Of a DNA stretch of 43,065 nucleotides, positions 10,734 through 20,791 are shown one piece after another. Positions within the stretch are counted from its first letter, which is position 1; each line of letters starts with the position of its first letter. The notes beneath the pieces were generated by a model that did not search any database, was not told the origin of the DNA, and saw nothing but the letters and a program-made list of their open reading frames with translations. The position numbers and the translations under genes were made by a program. Source of the stretch: Sphingopyxis sp. (GTDB taxonomy: Bacteria > Pseudomonadota > Alphaproteobacteria > Sphingomonadales > Sphingomonadaceae); assembly GCF_036402335.1 (NCBI RefSeq), contig NZ_DASWTD010000411.1, positions 1 through 43,065 on the forward strand, in the 5' to 3' direction.

Positions 10734-12275
10734 TCAGTCTTTTGGCGGGTCGGCGGCGCTTTCGTCGCCCGCCTTGCCTTTGGTCCCTGCGCGCATGGTT
10801 TCGAGCTGCTTCATCAGTTCGTCGCCCCTGCCGCCGTCGTGCGGATCGAAAGCGACGATTTTCGCAAGGGCGATCGCCCGGTCGAAATGCCCGTCGGCCG
10901 CAAGCGCGAAGGCGTAGCTCACACGCGTTTCGATGTTTTCAGGGGCAAGTTGAAACGCGCGAGCGAGGCCGTCGACCGCGATTGACGGCGGTCGGACGCC
11001 TTGCTCCATAAATGTCCTGAAATAACCATAGAGCGGGACCGGATCGTCAGGATTGGTCCGGTTGGCGAGAATGATCGGCTTGCGCACCGCATCCCAGTCG
11101 GCGTCGACGGCGTCCTTCTTTTCTTCGGCTGCGGCGGCCAGCATCTCGCCCAAAAGCACGTTGGCGCGGACATGCTCGGGATCGATCGCCAGCGCCTTGT
11201 CGACTGCCGCGCGTGCGGCCGCCTTGTCGCGCTTTTCGTCGCTTAACCCCCATTCGGCCATGGCGAGTTCGAACCAGACGGCGGCGTCGCCGGGATGTCG
11301 TCCGGCCAGCTTCCGCAGCCCATCACGCGTCCTGATGAGCCGCTCGTCGTCGTCATCGGCGCTAAGCCGCTCAAGGCGCAGCGGCACAATCGCATCCTGC
11401 GCGGGGTCCATCGCGGTGACGGTGATCGGACCGGCGATCGCGATTGGATCATTTGTCATGCGATGGGCCAGCCGCGATTTCATATAACGGTCGAGGTCCT
11501 GATCGAGCTTTGCCAGATCGCCGAAGCTGTCGTTCGCTGCTTTTGCCGGATCGACGCCGCGGTCGATCGCGTCGATATAGGATCCGAGCTGTTCGATGCG
11601 CGTACGGTCACTGAAGAGCATGTGCGTCAACAGCCACGCGCGGCCATAATAGACGTCCACCTGCCCCGAGTTGCGCATCTCGAGCGGACGTTTGAAGAGC
11701 AGCGTCTCTGCCGGAATTTTTGGCATGGTGAGCAGGCCGACGGCGCGCCCAAAGGCGGGTTTGCCGATTTCCGCTTTACCCTCCCTGGTGAAGTCGACTG
11801 TCGAATAAAATTCGGCGAAACCCTCGATGAACCATGCCGGAAACGCGCCGGGCAGGAATCGCCTCATGAAATGATGGGTATATTCATGGAACAGGGTCTG
11901 CTGTGATTGCGGAGTTCCCCTAAACACAAAATCTTCGCGGTTCGACACCGCAAAGCTGCCTTCGGGGCTGGGCGAGTAAAAGCCCGCGATCGAGGATCCG
12001 CGGCTGCCCGACGCGAGGCGGCCGGCATCGCTGGCACTTTCGACAAGATATATGGTCAGCGGATTGGGGTCCTTGCCGCCCTCGATCTTGAACCGGTTGC
12101 GAAGCGTGGCGTCGAAGCGTTCGAGCTTTTCGGCGAAGTCGCGCAGGTCCCTTTCTGCGCCTTCGCTATAGATGATGAAATTGTTGGTGTCGGCGCGCAG
12201 CCATTTGGCGTCCGCCGGACTTGCTATCGCTACCGCGACGATTCCGGCCATCAGGCCCAAACCCGCTTTGTTCAT
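10734..12275 (-). CDS. Exported zincin-like (HExxH, DUF1570-like) protein with TPR-like C-terminus
   Basis: Signal peptide; FHEYTHH...PAWFIEGFAEF; helical repeats such as ALAIDPEHVRA and AFQLAPENIE. Confidence 0.75.
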   Translation of the reverse strand: MNKAGLGLMAGIVAVAIASPADAKWLRADTNNFIIYSEGAERDLRDFAEKLERFDATLRNRFKIEGGKDPNPLTIYLVESASDAGRLASGSRGSSIAGFYSPSPEGSFAVSNREDFVFRGTPQSQQTLFHEYTHHFMRRFLPGAFPAWFIEGFAEFYSTVDFTREGKAEIGKPAFGRAVGLLTMPKIPAETLLFKRPLEMRNSGQVDVYYGRAWLLTHMLFSDRTRIEQLGSYIDAIDRGVDPAKAANDSFGDLAKLDQDLDRYMKSRLAHRMTNDPIAIAGPITVTAMDPAQDAIVPLRLERLSADDDDERLIRTRDGLRKLAGRHPGDAAVWFELAMAEWGLSDEKRDKAAARAAVDKALAIDPEHVRANVLLGEMLAAAAEEKKDAVDADWDAVRKPIILANRTNPDDPVPLYGYFRTFMEQGVRPPSIAVDGLARAFQLAPENIETRVSYAFALAADGHFDRAIALAKIVAFDPHDGGRGDELMKQLETMRAGTKGKAGDESAADPPKD

Positions 12276-12344
12276 TTTGCGCCCCCGCCCAGTATTTGAG
12301 CCGATGCTGCCAGCCAGCTACGGCACTGTAAAGTTCTCTTTCAA

Positions 12345-14513
12345 TTAGACAAAGCTATAGGGGTCGATATCGATCGCCAGCCGCGCCTTCGACGGCCATT
12401 CGATGCTGTTCACCCATTCGCGGATCGTCCCCTGCAGGTCGAAGCTGCGCGGCGCGTGGAGTAGCAGGCGAAAGCGGTGCCGCCCACGGAGCATCGCGAG
12501 CGGGGCAGGGGCGGGGCCGTACACCGCGAGGCCTTCGGCGACCGGCGCCTTCTGCCCCAGCCGCTGCGCCACCCCGCGCGCGACCTCGATGTCTTCGGAG
12601 GAAATGACGAGCGCGGCGAAGCGGCCATAGGGCGGCGCGCCCGCGAATTTCCGCGCCGCAGCCTCGGCCGAATAGAAACCGTCGCGGTCGTTGGCGACGA
12701 GGGCGGCCATCACCGGCGCCTCGGGCACGCGCGTCTGGATCAGCACCTCGCCCGGCTTGACCCCGCGGCCGGCGCGTCCCGCGACCTGCGCGATCTGCTG
12801 GAAGGTACGCTCGGAGGCGCGAAGGTCGCCGCCGTCGAGCCCGAGATCGGCATCGACGACGCCGACGAGCGTGAGGTTGGGGAAATGATAGCCCTTGGTG
12901 ACGAGCTGCGTCCCGATGATGATATCGACCAGCCCGCCCTCGACATTGTCGACGAACTCGGCCGCTTTCGCGGGCGACCAGAGCGTGTCCGACGTGACGA
13001 TGGCGACGCGTGCCTCGGGGAAACGCAGCGCGACCTCGTCGGCGACGCGCTCGACCCCGGGGCCGCACGCGACGAGACTGTCCTCATCCTCGCATTCGGG
13101 GCAGAGGCGCGGCGGCGGCATGACATGGCCGCAATGGTGGCACGCAAGGCGGTGGACGAGGCGGTGCTCGACCATCCACGCGGTGCAGTTCGGGCACTGG
13201 ATGCGGTGGCCGCAGGTGCGGCAGAGCGTCAGCGGCGCGAAACCGCGGCGGTTGAGGAAGAGCAGGCTCTGCTCGCCCTTCTGGAGCCGGTCGGCGAGTG
13301 CGTCGACGAGCGGCGGCGCGAGCCAGCGGCCGCGGTCGGGCGGGTCCTGCCGCATGTCGATCGCCGCCAAGTCGGGCAGGGTCGCGCCGCCGAAGCGCGC
13401 GGGGAGGACGATGTGGCGATACCGCCCAGCCTCGACCATCGCGAGGCTTTCGAGCGCGGGGGTCGCGCTCGCGAGCACCACCGGCAGCCCCTCGAAATGT
13501 CCGCGCATCACCGCGACGTCGCGCGCATGGTAATGGACGCCATCCTCCTGCTTGAAACTCGTCTCGTGCGCCTCGTCGACGACGATGACGCCCAGATTCG
13601 CGTAAGGAAGGAACAGCGCCGAACGTGCCCCGACGACGATCTTCGCCTCGCCGCTCGCGATGGCGTGCCAGGCGCGGCGGCGCTCGGTCGAGCGCAACCC
13701 CGAGTGCCAAGCGACGGGCTCGCACCCGAAGCGTGCGGCGAAGCGTGTCAGCATCGGCTCAGTAAGCGCGATTTCGGGGAGCAGGACGAGCGCCTGCTTG
13801 CCCGCGTCGATCGCGGCGGCGATCGCCTCCATATAGACTTCGGTCTTGCCCGATCCGGTGACCCCGTCGAGCAGCAGCGTGTCGAATTTGGCGGCCGCCA
13901 CCGCATCCTTGAGCTGCGCCGCGGCGGCGGTTTGTTCGACAGACAGGTCGGGCGGCGCAAAGCCGCTGTCGGGTTCGGGATAGGGCTGGTCGGCCGAGAC
14001 GGTGACGGCTTCGAGCGCGCCGGTGCTCACGAGGCCGCGGATCACCGCGTCGCTGACCTCGGCGAGCGCCGCGAGTTCGCGCACCATGCCTTGCCTTGTC
14101 CCGATCTTTTCGAGCGCCACCGTCCGCTGCGCCGTCATCCGCGCGGGCAATTCGCCGGTAGCGCGATATTCGACGATCGGGCGGCGTGCGTCGGCAAAGG
14201 CGACCCCGGGCAAGACCATGCGCAGCACCGCGCCGGGCGGGGCAAGATAATAGTCGCTCGTCCATTCGACGAGGCGGCGCAGCGGCGCGCCGATCGGCGG
14301 CACGGGGACGACCTCGTAGAGGTTGCGCAGGCGATTGTCGCCGACCGCCTCGGGCGCGCCGAAGCTTTCATCCTCCCACACCACGCCGCCGAGCCGCCGC
14401 GGGCCGAGCGGGGCGACGACGACGCTGCCCAGCGGCGCCTCGGACTCGCGCGGAACGCGATAGTCGAGCGGGCCGAGGGCGGCGGTCAGGAGGAGGACGC
14501 GGGCGCGGGTCAT
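12345..14513 (-). CDS. priA: Primosomal protein N' (replication restart helicase)
   Basis: GVTGSGKTEVY, VDEAH, four CxxC motifs, QVAGRAGR, IDIDP C-terminus. Confidence 0.97.
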   Translation of the reverse strand: MTRARVLLLTAALGPLDYRVPRESEAPLGSVVVAPLGPRRLGGVVWEDESFGAPEAVGDNRLRNLYEVVPVPPIGAPLRRLVEWTSDYYLAPPGAVLRMVLPGVAFADARRPIVEYRATGELPARMTAQRTVALEKIGTRQGMVRELAALAEVSDAVIRGLVSTGALEAVTVSADQPYPEPDSGFAPPDLSVEQTAAAAQLKDAVAAAKFDTLLLDGVTGSGKTEVYMEAIAAAIDAGKQALVLLPEIALTEPMLTRFAARFGCEPVAWHSGLRSTERRRAWHAIASGEAKIVVGARSALFLPYANLGVIVVDEAHETSFKQEDGVHYHARDVAVMRGHFEGLPVVLASATPALESLAMVEAGRYRHIVLPARFGGATLPDLAAIDMRQDPPDRGRWLAPPLVDALADRLQKGEQSLLFLNRRGFAPLTLCRTCGHRIQCPNCTAWMVEHRLVHRLACHHCGHVMPPPRLCPECEDEDSLVACGPGVERVADEVALRFPEARVAIVTSDTLWSPAKAAEFVDNVEGGLVDIIIGTQLVTKGYHFPNLTLVGVVDADLGLDGGDLRASERTFQQIAQVAGRAGRGVKPGEVLIQTRVPEAPVMAALVANDRDGFYSAEAAARKFAGAPPYGRFAALVISSEDIEVARGVAQRLGQKAPVAEGLAVYGPAPAPLAMLRGRHRFRLLLHAPRSFDLQGTIREWVNSIEWPSKARLAIDIDPYSFV

Positions 14514-14659
14514 GGATCGGGCAGGATATAGGGCGGCGGGTAAAATAGGAAAGCGCGAGGTGGGCAGTGGCTGCTGACCGGTTGCGAGCGGACACCAACG
14601 CCTATCTGAACGGAAATGCAAAGGGCAGCTCGCCATCCCCGAGCCGACGGCGTCAATTC

Positions 14660-15130
14660 CTAGAGCATATATTTCATCTTGATCGACTGGCGCATATCGC
14701 CCGTGACGGCAAAGCTGGCCGATTTGAAACTCGGCGGTCCGACGGTGATCGCCGGATTGCGCGAAAAGCCGAAGCCTTCGCGTGGCAGGAAGATCGCAAC
14801 ATCCATCTTGTTGTTGCTGTTCTCGTCATGGACGACCGCGATCGCATAGGTGCCCGTCGAGGGGGCGTGGACCGCGAAATCGCCGGCGTCGGCTGCCTTC
14901 ACCGCCATCCGCACCGACGCCTTGTCCTTGCTGCAGTCGGGAAACGCTTTGGGATTGGTTGTCAGGCAGACGAGGATCTGTCCCTTCGCGCTGCGCAGCC
15001 CGGTGATACTGACCTCAACGGTCGGGGCGGGTGTCGGCGGCGGCGCTGCGGCGGCGGTGAGCAGCGGCAAAATCGCCCAGCCCGATATCCGTACCGCACG
15101 CCTTGTCCCAGAAGCGGAAATAAAGCCCAT
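14660..15130 (-). CDS. DUF2141 domain protein (start uncertain: 15163, 15130 or 15070)
   Basis: GTYAIAVVHDENSNNKMD..PREGFGFSRN motif; overlaps the 3' end of crtG. Confidence 0.8.
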   Translation of the reverse strand: MGFISASGTRRAVRISGWAILPLLTAAAAPPPTPAPTVEVSITGLRSAKGQILVCLTTNPKAFPDCSKDKASVRMAVKAADAGDFAVHAPSTGTYAIAVVHDENSNNKMDVAIFLPREGFGFSRNPAITVGPPSFKSASFAVTGDMRQSIKMKYML

Positions 15131-15785
15131 AATTCCCCCGGTAAACGGCGTGATGCTGTTCATGATGCGTCGCGGTTATCAGCCATCGCCCTGCGGGTCC
15201 ATGGACCAGCGCGCGCGGGAACATCTCCCACCCCATATGATTGCCGACACCCATGAGCGTCATGATCGCCAGGACCGTCCCCAGAACCGTGACATGGATC
15301 GGAATGAGGAAGACCAGCGCCGGGATGACGACAGCGCCGGTGATGGCTTCGAGCGGGTGAAAGCTCATCGCCGCCCACGCGGTCGGCGGGCGGCTGGCGT
15401 GGTGGACACTGTGCGCGAGGCGGAACAGCGCCGGCCGGTGCATCCAGCGGTGCGTCCAATAGAACCATGTGTCGTGGATTAGCAGGTAAGCGAACAGGCT
15501 GACGGGCAGGTACCAGAACGGAAAGGCGCGGATGTCGCTGTAGATGCGCGTCCAGCCATACGACTGCCACCCCCACGCGACGATTCCGGCAGGAATACCA
15601 TAGATGGCGGCGCTTGCGAGGCTCCAGCCGACCTCGCGGCGCATCTGCGGTTCGAGCCCACGATAGAGGCCGGGATGCCGGATTCGCGTCGCGAAAGCGA
15701 AAGCACCGCTGGTGATCAGGTAACGCACGCCGACGATCGCGGTCATCGCGAGCGCCGAGCCCAGCAGGGCGAGCGCGGGGGTCAC
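15015..15785 (-). CDS. crtG: Sterol desaturase-family carotenoid 2,2'-beta-hydroxylase
   Basis: His boxes HDTWFYWTHRWMH, HSVHH, NH and HHEQHH; GTG start overlapping the ParA stop; located in the crt cluster. Confidence 0.8.
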   Translation of the reverse strand: MTPALALLGSALAMTAIVGVRYLITSGAFAFATRIRHPGLYRGLEPQMRREVGWSLASAAIYGIPAGIVAWGWQSYGWTRIYSDIRAFPFWYLPVSLFAYLLIHDTWFYWTHRWMHRPALFRLAHSVHHASRPPTAWAAMSFHPLEAITGAVVIPALVFLIPIHVTVLGTVLAIMTLMGVGNHMGWEMFPRALVHGPAGRWLITATHHEQHHAVYRGNYGLYFRFWDKACGTDIGLGDFAAAHRRRSAAADTRPDR

Positions 15786-16534
15786 CCGGGTTTGCGGACG
15801 CCGAGCAGGGCGGCGACGCGCAGCCACAGCGCGGCATAGGCCTGCCCCGCCTTGCTGCGCCGGGCATAGGCCGCGAGTGGCCGGCGCCGGGCTGCCATCT
15901 GTTCGACGATGCTCGCCATCGGCAGCACCGGCCAGGCGGTCTCGGCGGCGAGCGCGTCGCGGTGGAGCGCGCGCCGCGCGTCGACCATCGCATAGACGGG
16001 CATCAACGGCGTGCTGTTCTTCTTCGCGGGGCGGAGATGCGCGATCACCTCGTCGAGCGCGCGGCGCGACAGCGGCGAGGGGATCACCGGCACAACGATC
16101 AGGTCGGCGGCGCGCATCATCTGCTCGCTCGTTTCGGTGAGCCCGGGCGGGCAATCGAGGATGATGCGGTCGTAATCGGCGCCGATGTCGGCAAGCAGCC
16201 TGGCGAGCCGCTTTTTCTTGCCGGCGTCGAGGAAAAGCGCGTCGAGCCCGCGCAGCGAGGTGTCGGCAGGCAGCAGGTCGAGGCCCTCGATCGCGGTCGG
16301 GGTCACCAGTTTCGCGGGGGCTACGTCGCGATCGAACACCTGTTCGGCGGTGCGCTTGCCGGGGCCGTCGTGGCCGAGGATGAAGCTCGCCGCGGCCTGG
16401 CCGTCGAGGTCCCACAGTAAGGTCCGTCCGCCCGCCTGCAGCGCTGCTTCGGCGGCGAGGTTGACCGCGAGGCTGGTCTTTCCGACCCCGCCCTTCAGGC
16501 TGTAGACGGCGATGACGTGCGCCTGCTTGCTCAT
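15782..16534 (-). CDS. Orphan ParA/MinD family ATPase
   Basis: KGGVGKTS deviant Walker A, DLDGQ, ILDCPP; GGAG SD; no parB in the window. Confidence 0.9.
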   Translation of the reverse strand: MSKQAHVIAVYSLKGGVGKTSLAVNLAAEAALQAGGRTLLWDLDGQAAASFILGHDGPGKRTAEQVFDRDVAPAKLVTPTAIEGLDLLPADTSLRGLDALFLDAGKKKRLARLLADIGADYDRIILDCPPGLTETSEQMMRAADLIVVPVIPSPLSRRALDEVIAHLRPAKKNSTPLMPVYAMVDARRALHRDALAAETAWPVLPMASIVEQMAARRRPLAAYARRSKAGQAYAALWLRVAALLGVRKPG

Positions 16535-16592
16535 ATCCACTGGACTCCGTCGTTTCGCGCGGCGAGTCAAGCGCACAGCACGCCGAACGGCT

Positions 16593-16621
16593 TTGCGCTT
16601 CGCCGCACCGACCGCTAGAGC
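16593..16621 (+). promoter_or_regulatory. Putative promoter of a leaderless crtY transcript
   Basis: TTGCGC-17-TAGAGC, then 6 nt to the ATG; no SD. Confidence 0.45.
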
Positions 16622-16627
16622 AAAAAT

Positions 16628-17782
16628 ATGACCGCTGATCTTCCCCGCTGCGATATCGCCATCGTCGGCGGAGGGTTGGCGGGCGGGCTAGCGGCGCTGG
16701 CGCTCGCGGCGCGGCGGCCCGATCTCGACGTCCGGCTGGTCGAACCCGAGCCCGTCGGCGGCAACCATATCTGGTCCTTCTTCGACAGCGATATCGCCAG
16801 AAAGGACCGCTGGCTCGTCGGGCCGCTCGTCCGTCATCACTGGCAGGGCTACGACGTTCGCTTTCCGTCGCACGAGCGCCGGATACGCATGGGTTACAAG
16901 AGTATCACCAGCGAAGCGCTGGCGGAGGCGGTCGCGGCCGCGCTGCCCGGAGGGCACATCATTGCCGACAGGGCCAAGCATGTCGCGCCCGACCATCTGC
17001 TGCTGTCGCGCGGAGGGCGATTGTCGGCGAAGCATGTCATCGATGCGCGCGGGGCGGGGAAATTCCCGACACTCGACTGCGGCTGGCAGAAATTTGTCGG
17101 GCAGGCACTGACGGTGGCGGATGGGCATGGCGTCGAGCATCCCGTCGTAATGGATGCGACCGTCGAGCAGATCGACGGCTATCGCTTCGTCTATCTGCTG
17201 CCCTTCGACGCCGAGACCATTTTCGTCGAGGATACCTGTTATAGCGACGATGCCGACCTCGACGTGGCGGCGGCGCGCGACCGGATTGCGACCTATGCGG
17301 CGGGGCGGGGCTGGACGGTCACTGCGACGACGCGCGAGGAAAGCGGCGTGCTGCCCGTCGTGGTCGCTGGCGATTTCGAGCGGCTGTGGCCCGCGTCGGA
17401 CCGCACCGGGCGGATCGGCGTGCGCGCGGGTGCGTTTCACGCGACCACCGGCTATTCGCTTCCCGACGCGGTGCGGACCGCCGCTGCATTGCCCGCACTG
17501 GTCGATCATGGCGACTTCCCGGCGATCCTGCGCGATCGTGCCGCGGCTTCGTGGCGGCGGCAGCGCTTTTATCGCATGCTTGGCGCGATGCTGTTCCGCT
17601 CCGCCGACCCGGACGAACGCTATCGCATTTTCGAGCGCTTCTACCGCCTGTCGCCGCGGCTGATCGCGCGCTTTTACGCCGGGCGTTCGGCAGGCGGCGA
17701 CAAGCTGCGCCTGCTCGTCGGCAGGCCGCCGGTTCCGGTCGGCCGCGCGATATCGGCGCTGGCGAAGCTCGATTGGCGATGA
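16628..17782 (+). CDS. crtY: Lycopene beta-cyclase
   Basis: GGGLAG FAD motif, GGNHIWSF, WQKFVG, MDATVEQIDGYRFVY, TTGYSLP. Confidence 0.95.
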   Translation: MTADLPRCDIAIVGGGLAGGLAALALAARRPDLDVRLVEPEPVGGNHIWSFFDSDIARKDRWLVGPLVRHHWQGYDVRFPSHERRIRMGYKSITSEALAEAVAAALPGGHIIADRAKHVAPDHLLLSRGGRLSAKHVIDARGAGKFPTLDCGWQKFVGQALTVADGHGVEHPVVMDATVEQIDGYRFVYLLPFDAETIFVEDTCYSDDADLDVAAARDRIATYAAGRGWTVTATTREESGVLPVVVAGDFERLWPASDRTGRIGVRAGAFHATTGYSLPDAVRTAAALPALVDHGDFPAILRDRAAASWRRQRFYRMLGAMLFRSADPDERYRIFERFYRLSPRLIARFYAGRSAGGDKLRLLVGRPPVPVGRAISALAKLDWR

Positions 17783-19251
17783 GCCGCCGCGCGATTGTCG
17801 TCGGCGCGGGGTTCGGCGGGCTGGCGCTTGCGATCCGGCTGCAGTCGGCTGGCGTGGCAACGACAATCGTCGAGGCTCGCGACAAGCCGGGCGGGCGCGC
17901 CTATCATTGGCGGAAGGGCGGCTTCACCTTCGATGCGGGACCGACCGTCATCACCGATCCACCATGCCTTGCGGAGCTCTGGGCGCTCAGCGGGCAGGAT
18001 ATCGCCGGGGATGTCGACCTCGTCCCGGTCATGCCCTTCTATCGCCTCAACTGGCCCGACGGCACGAACTTCGACTCTTCGAACGACGAGGCGGCGCTCC
18101 GCGCCGAAATCGCCAAGCTCCACCCCGCCGATGTCGCGGGTTACGAGCGCTTCCTCGAATATTCGAAGGGGGTTTACGAGCAGGGCTATGTCAAGCTCGG
18201 CGCGGTCGCCTTCCTCGATTTCGCGTCGATGGTCCGGGCGGCGCCCGCGCTGATGAAATATCGGGCATGGCGCAGCGTCTATGGAGTCGTGTCATCCTAT
18301 GTACAGGACGAGCGGCTGCGGCAGGCGCTGTCGTTCCACACCTTGCTTGTCGGCGGCAATCCGATGACGACGAGTGCGATCTATGCGCTGATCCATACCA
18401 TCGAGAAGGATGGCGGCGTCTGGTTCGCGCGTGGCGGTACCAATGCGCTGGTGAACGGCATGGTTCGCCTGTTCGAGCGGCTGGGCGGAGAGGTCAGGCT
18501 CGGCGACCCGGTATCGCGGATCGAAACGGCAGGCGACCGCGCGACCGGCGTCACGACGGCGAGCGGTTGGCACCGCGCCGCCGATATGGTCGCGTGCAAT
18601 GCCGACCTGATGCATAGCTACAGGGATTTGCTCGATCACCGGCGCGGCGCGAAGGTGGCACGCAGCCTGTCGCGCAAGCGCTGGTCGCCCTCGCTGTTCA
18701 TCGTCCATTTCGGGGTGAAGGGCAGCTATCCCGATATCGCGCACCACAGCATCCTCTTCGGACCGCGCTACAAGGGGCTGCTCGACGACATTTATGGCGG
18801 CGTCGTTCCCGAGGATTTCTCGCTCTACCTCCATCATCCGAGCATCACCGATCCGGGCATGGCGCCACCGGGTCACTCGACCTTCTACGCGCTCGCGCCG
18901 GTCGCGCATCTCGGCAAGGCGAAGGCCGACTGGGAGGGCGATTTCGGCCGGCAATTCGCCGACGCGATCCTCGAAGAGGTCGAGCGCCGAGTCGCGCCTG
19001 GCCTCCGCGCCAATCTCGTCACGCGTTTCCACTACACCCCCGCCGATTTCGGCCGCGACCTGTCAGCATATCTCGGCAGCGCATTCAGCCTCGAGCCGGT
19101 GCTCTGGCAGAGCGCATGGTTCAGGGCGCACAACCGCGACGATGCAATTTCCAACCTTTACTTCGTCGGCGCGGGGACGCATCCGGGCGCGGGTATCCCG
19201 GGGGTCGTTGGCAGTGCCAAGGCGACCGCCAGTCTGATGTTGGAAAAATGA
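17779..19251 (+). CDS. crtI: Phytoene desaturase
   Basis: GAGFGGLA, FDAGPTVIT, GAGTHPGAGIPGV; ATGA overlap with crtY. Confidence 0.96.
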   Translation: MSRRAIVVGAGFGGLALAIRLQSAGVATTIVEARDKPGGRAYHWRKGGFTFDAGPTVITDPPCLAELWALSGQDIAGDVDLVPVMPFYRLNWPDGTNFDSSNDEAALRAEIAKLHPADVAGYERFLEYSKGVYEQGYVKLGAVAFLDFASMVRAAPALMKYRAWRSVYGVVSSYVQDERLRQALSFHTLLVGGNPMTTSAIYALIHTIEKDGGVWFARGGTNALVNGMVRLFERLGGEVRLGDPVSRIETAGDRATGVTTASGWHRAADMVACNADLMHSYRDLLDHRRGAKVARSLSRKRWSPSLFIVHFGVKGSYPDIAHHSILFGPRYKGLLDDIYGGVVPEDFSLYLHHPSITDPGMAPPGHSTFYALAPVAHLGKAKADWEGDFGRQFADAILEEVERRVAPGLRANLVTRFHYTPADFGRDLSAYLGSAFSLEPVLWQSAWFRAHNRDDAISNLYFVGAGTHPGAGIPGVVGSAKATASLMLEK

Positions 19252-19832
19252 TGAAACGCCTTGCCGTCTATTGCGGGTCCGCGACCCCCGAAGATCCGAT
19301 CTATATCGAAACCGCGCGCCATGTCGGCCGCACCCTCGCCGAGCGCGGCATCGGCGTCGTCTACGGCGGCGGCCGGCTGGGGCTGATGGGCGCGGTCGCC
19401 GACAGCGCGCTTGAGGCCGGCGGTGAGGTGATCGGGATCATCCCCGACGCGCTCGTGGGGGCCGAGGTCGCGCACCGCGGCTGCACCGAGTTGCACGTCG
19501 TGTCGGGCATGCACGAGCGCAAGAAGATGTTCACCGATCTGTCGGACGGGTTCCTGACCATCCCCGGCGGGGTCGGGACGATGGACGAATTGTGGGAAGC
19601 GATCAGCTGGGCACAGCTTGGCTATCATGCGAAGCCGGTCGGCCTGCTCAACGCCGCGGGCTTCTACAACGAACTGATCGCCTTCAACCGCAAAATGGTC
19701 GACGTCGGCTTTATCCGACCCGCGCACGCCGGGATCATGATCGTCGACGCCGGGCTCGACGAATTGCTCGACAAGATGGTGTCCTATGTTCCGCACAAGA
19801 CGATCTTTGCGATGAAGGCCGAAAATCTCTGA
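19248..19832 (+). CDS. LOG family (TIGR00730) nucleotide phosphoribohydrolase
   Basis: VYCGS, YGGGRLGLMG, MHERK, PGGVGTMDE. Confidence 0.92.
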   Translation: MMKRLAVYCGSATPEDPIYIETARHVGRTLAERGIGVVYGGGRLGLMGAVADSALEAGGEVIGIIPDALVGAEVAHRGCTELHVVSGMHERKKMFTDLSDGFLTIPGGVGTMDELWEAISWAQLGYHAKPVGLLNAAGFYNELIAFNRKMVDVGFIRPAHAGIMIVDAGLDELLDKMVSYVPHKTIFAMKAENL

Positions 19833-20791
19833 TGATCGAGGCGGGGGCCTATGACGCACACGCCCTCCACGGTTTCGCGCATGACAGCATCGCGCGCGGA
19901 TCGAAAAGCTTTGCGCTGGCCAGCCAGCTCTTCGATCGCCGGACACGCGAACGCGTGTGGCTACTCTACGCCTGGTGCCGTGCCGCCGACGATCTGACCG
20001 ACGGGCAGGAGCATGGCGGCGCAATGAAGCAGGACCATGATCCGGTCGCTGCCGTCGCGCATATCCGCGCGCAGACGGACAAGGCTTTCGCCGGCGACCC
20101 AACGGGCGAGATGGCATTCGATGCGCTTGGTTTCCTGCTCACCGAGGTCGCGATCCCGCGCCGGGTCATCGATGACATCATTGCGGGCTTCGAACTCGAT
20201 GCCAAGGACTGGCGTCCGCGCAGCGAGGCCGACCTGCTGCGCTACGCCTATCATGTCGCGGGCGCGGTCGGGGTCGCAATGGCGCTGGTGATGGGGATCG
20301 ATCCAGCCGACGAAACCACGCTCGATCGCGCTTCCGACCTCGGCATTGCCTTCCAGCTTGCCAATATCGCCCGCGACGTCGCGGAGGATGCCGCTGCCGA
20401 CCGCTGTTATTTGCCGGTCGAGTGGATGGTCGAACTCGATATCCCGCCGGGGCAGCATATGCACCCTGCCTTTCGCGGGCGCCTGTCGGTGATGGCCCGA
20501 TGGCTGTCCGAAATGGCCGAGGAATATGAAGCCTCGGCGCGCTGGGGCGCGCGCAAGCTTGGTCCGCGCAGCCGCTGGGCGGTGCTCGCCGCCGCCGGCA
20601 TCTATGGCGATATCGCGCGGGAGGTGCGCGCGCGCGGTGACCATGCGTGGGACCACCGCGCGTCGAGCTCGCTCGGTGCAAAGCTCGGCTGGGTGGCGCG
20701 CGCGGGCTGGTCGGTGCTGCGCCGCCCGCCGCAGCGGCGGATCAGTCGCGACGGCCTCTGGACGCGCCCGCGCCACGGGGCTGACGCGTGA
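19832..20791 (+). CDS. crtB: Phytoene synthase
   Basis: GSKSFA, YAWCRAADDLTD, AFQLANIARDVAED. Confidence 0.95.
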   Translation: MIEAGAYDAHALHGFAHDSIARGSKSFALASQLFDRRTRERVWLLYAWCRAADDLTDGQEHGGAMKQDHDPVAAVAHIRAQTDKAFAGDPTGEMAFDALGFLLTEVAIPRRVIDDIIAGFELDAKDWRPRSEADLLRYAYHVAGAVGVAMALVMGIDPADETTLDRASDLGIAFQLANIARDVAEDAAADRCYLPVEWMVELDIPPGQHMHPAFRGRLSVMARWLSEMAEEYEASARWGARKLGPRSRWAVLAAAGIYGDIAREVRARGDHAWDHRASSSLGAKLGWVARAGWSVLRRPPQRRISRDGLWTRPRHGADA

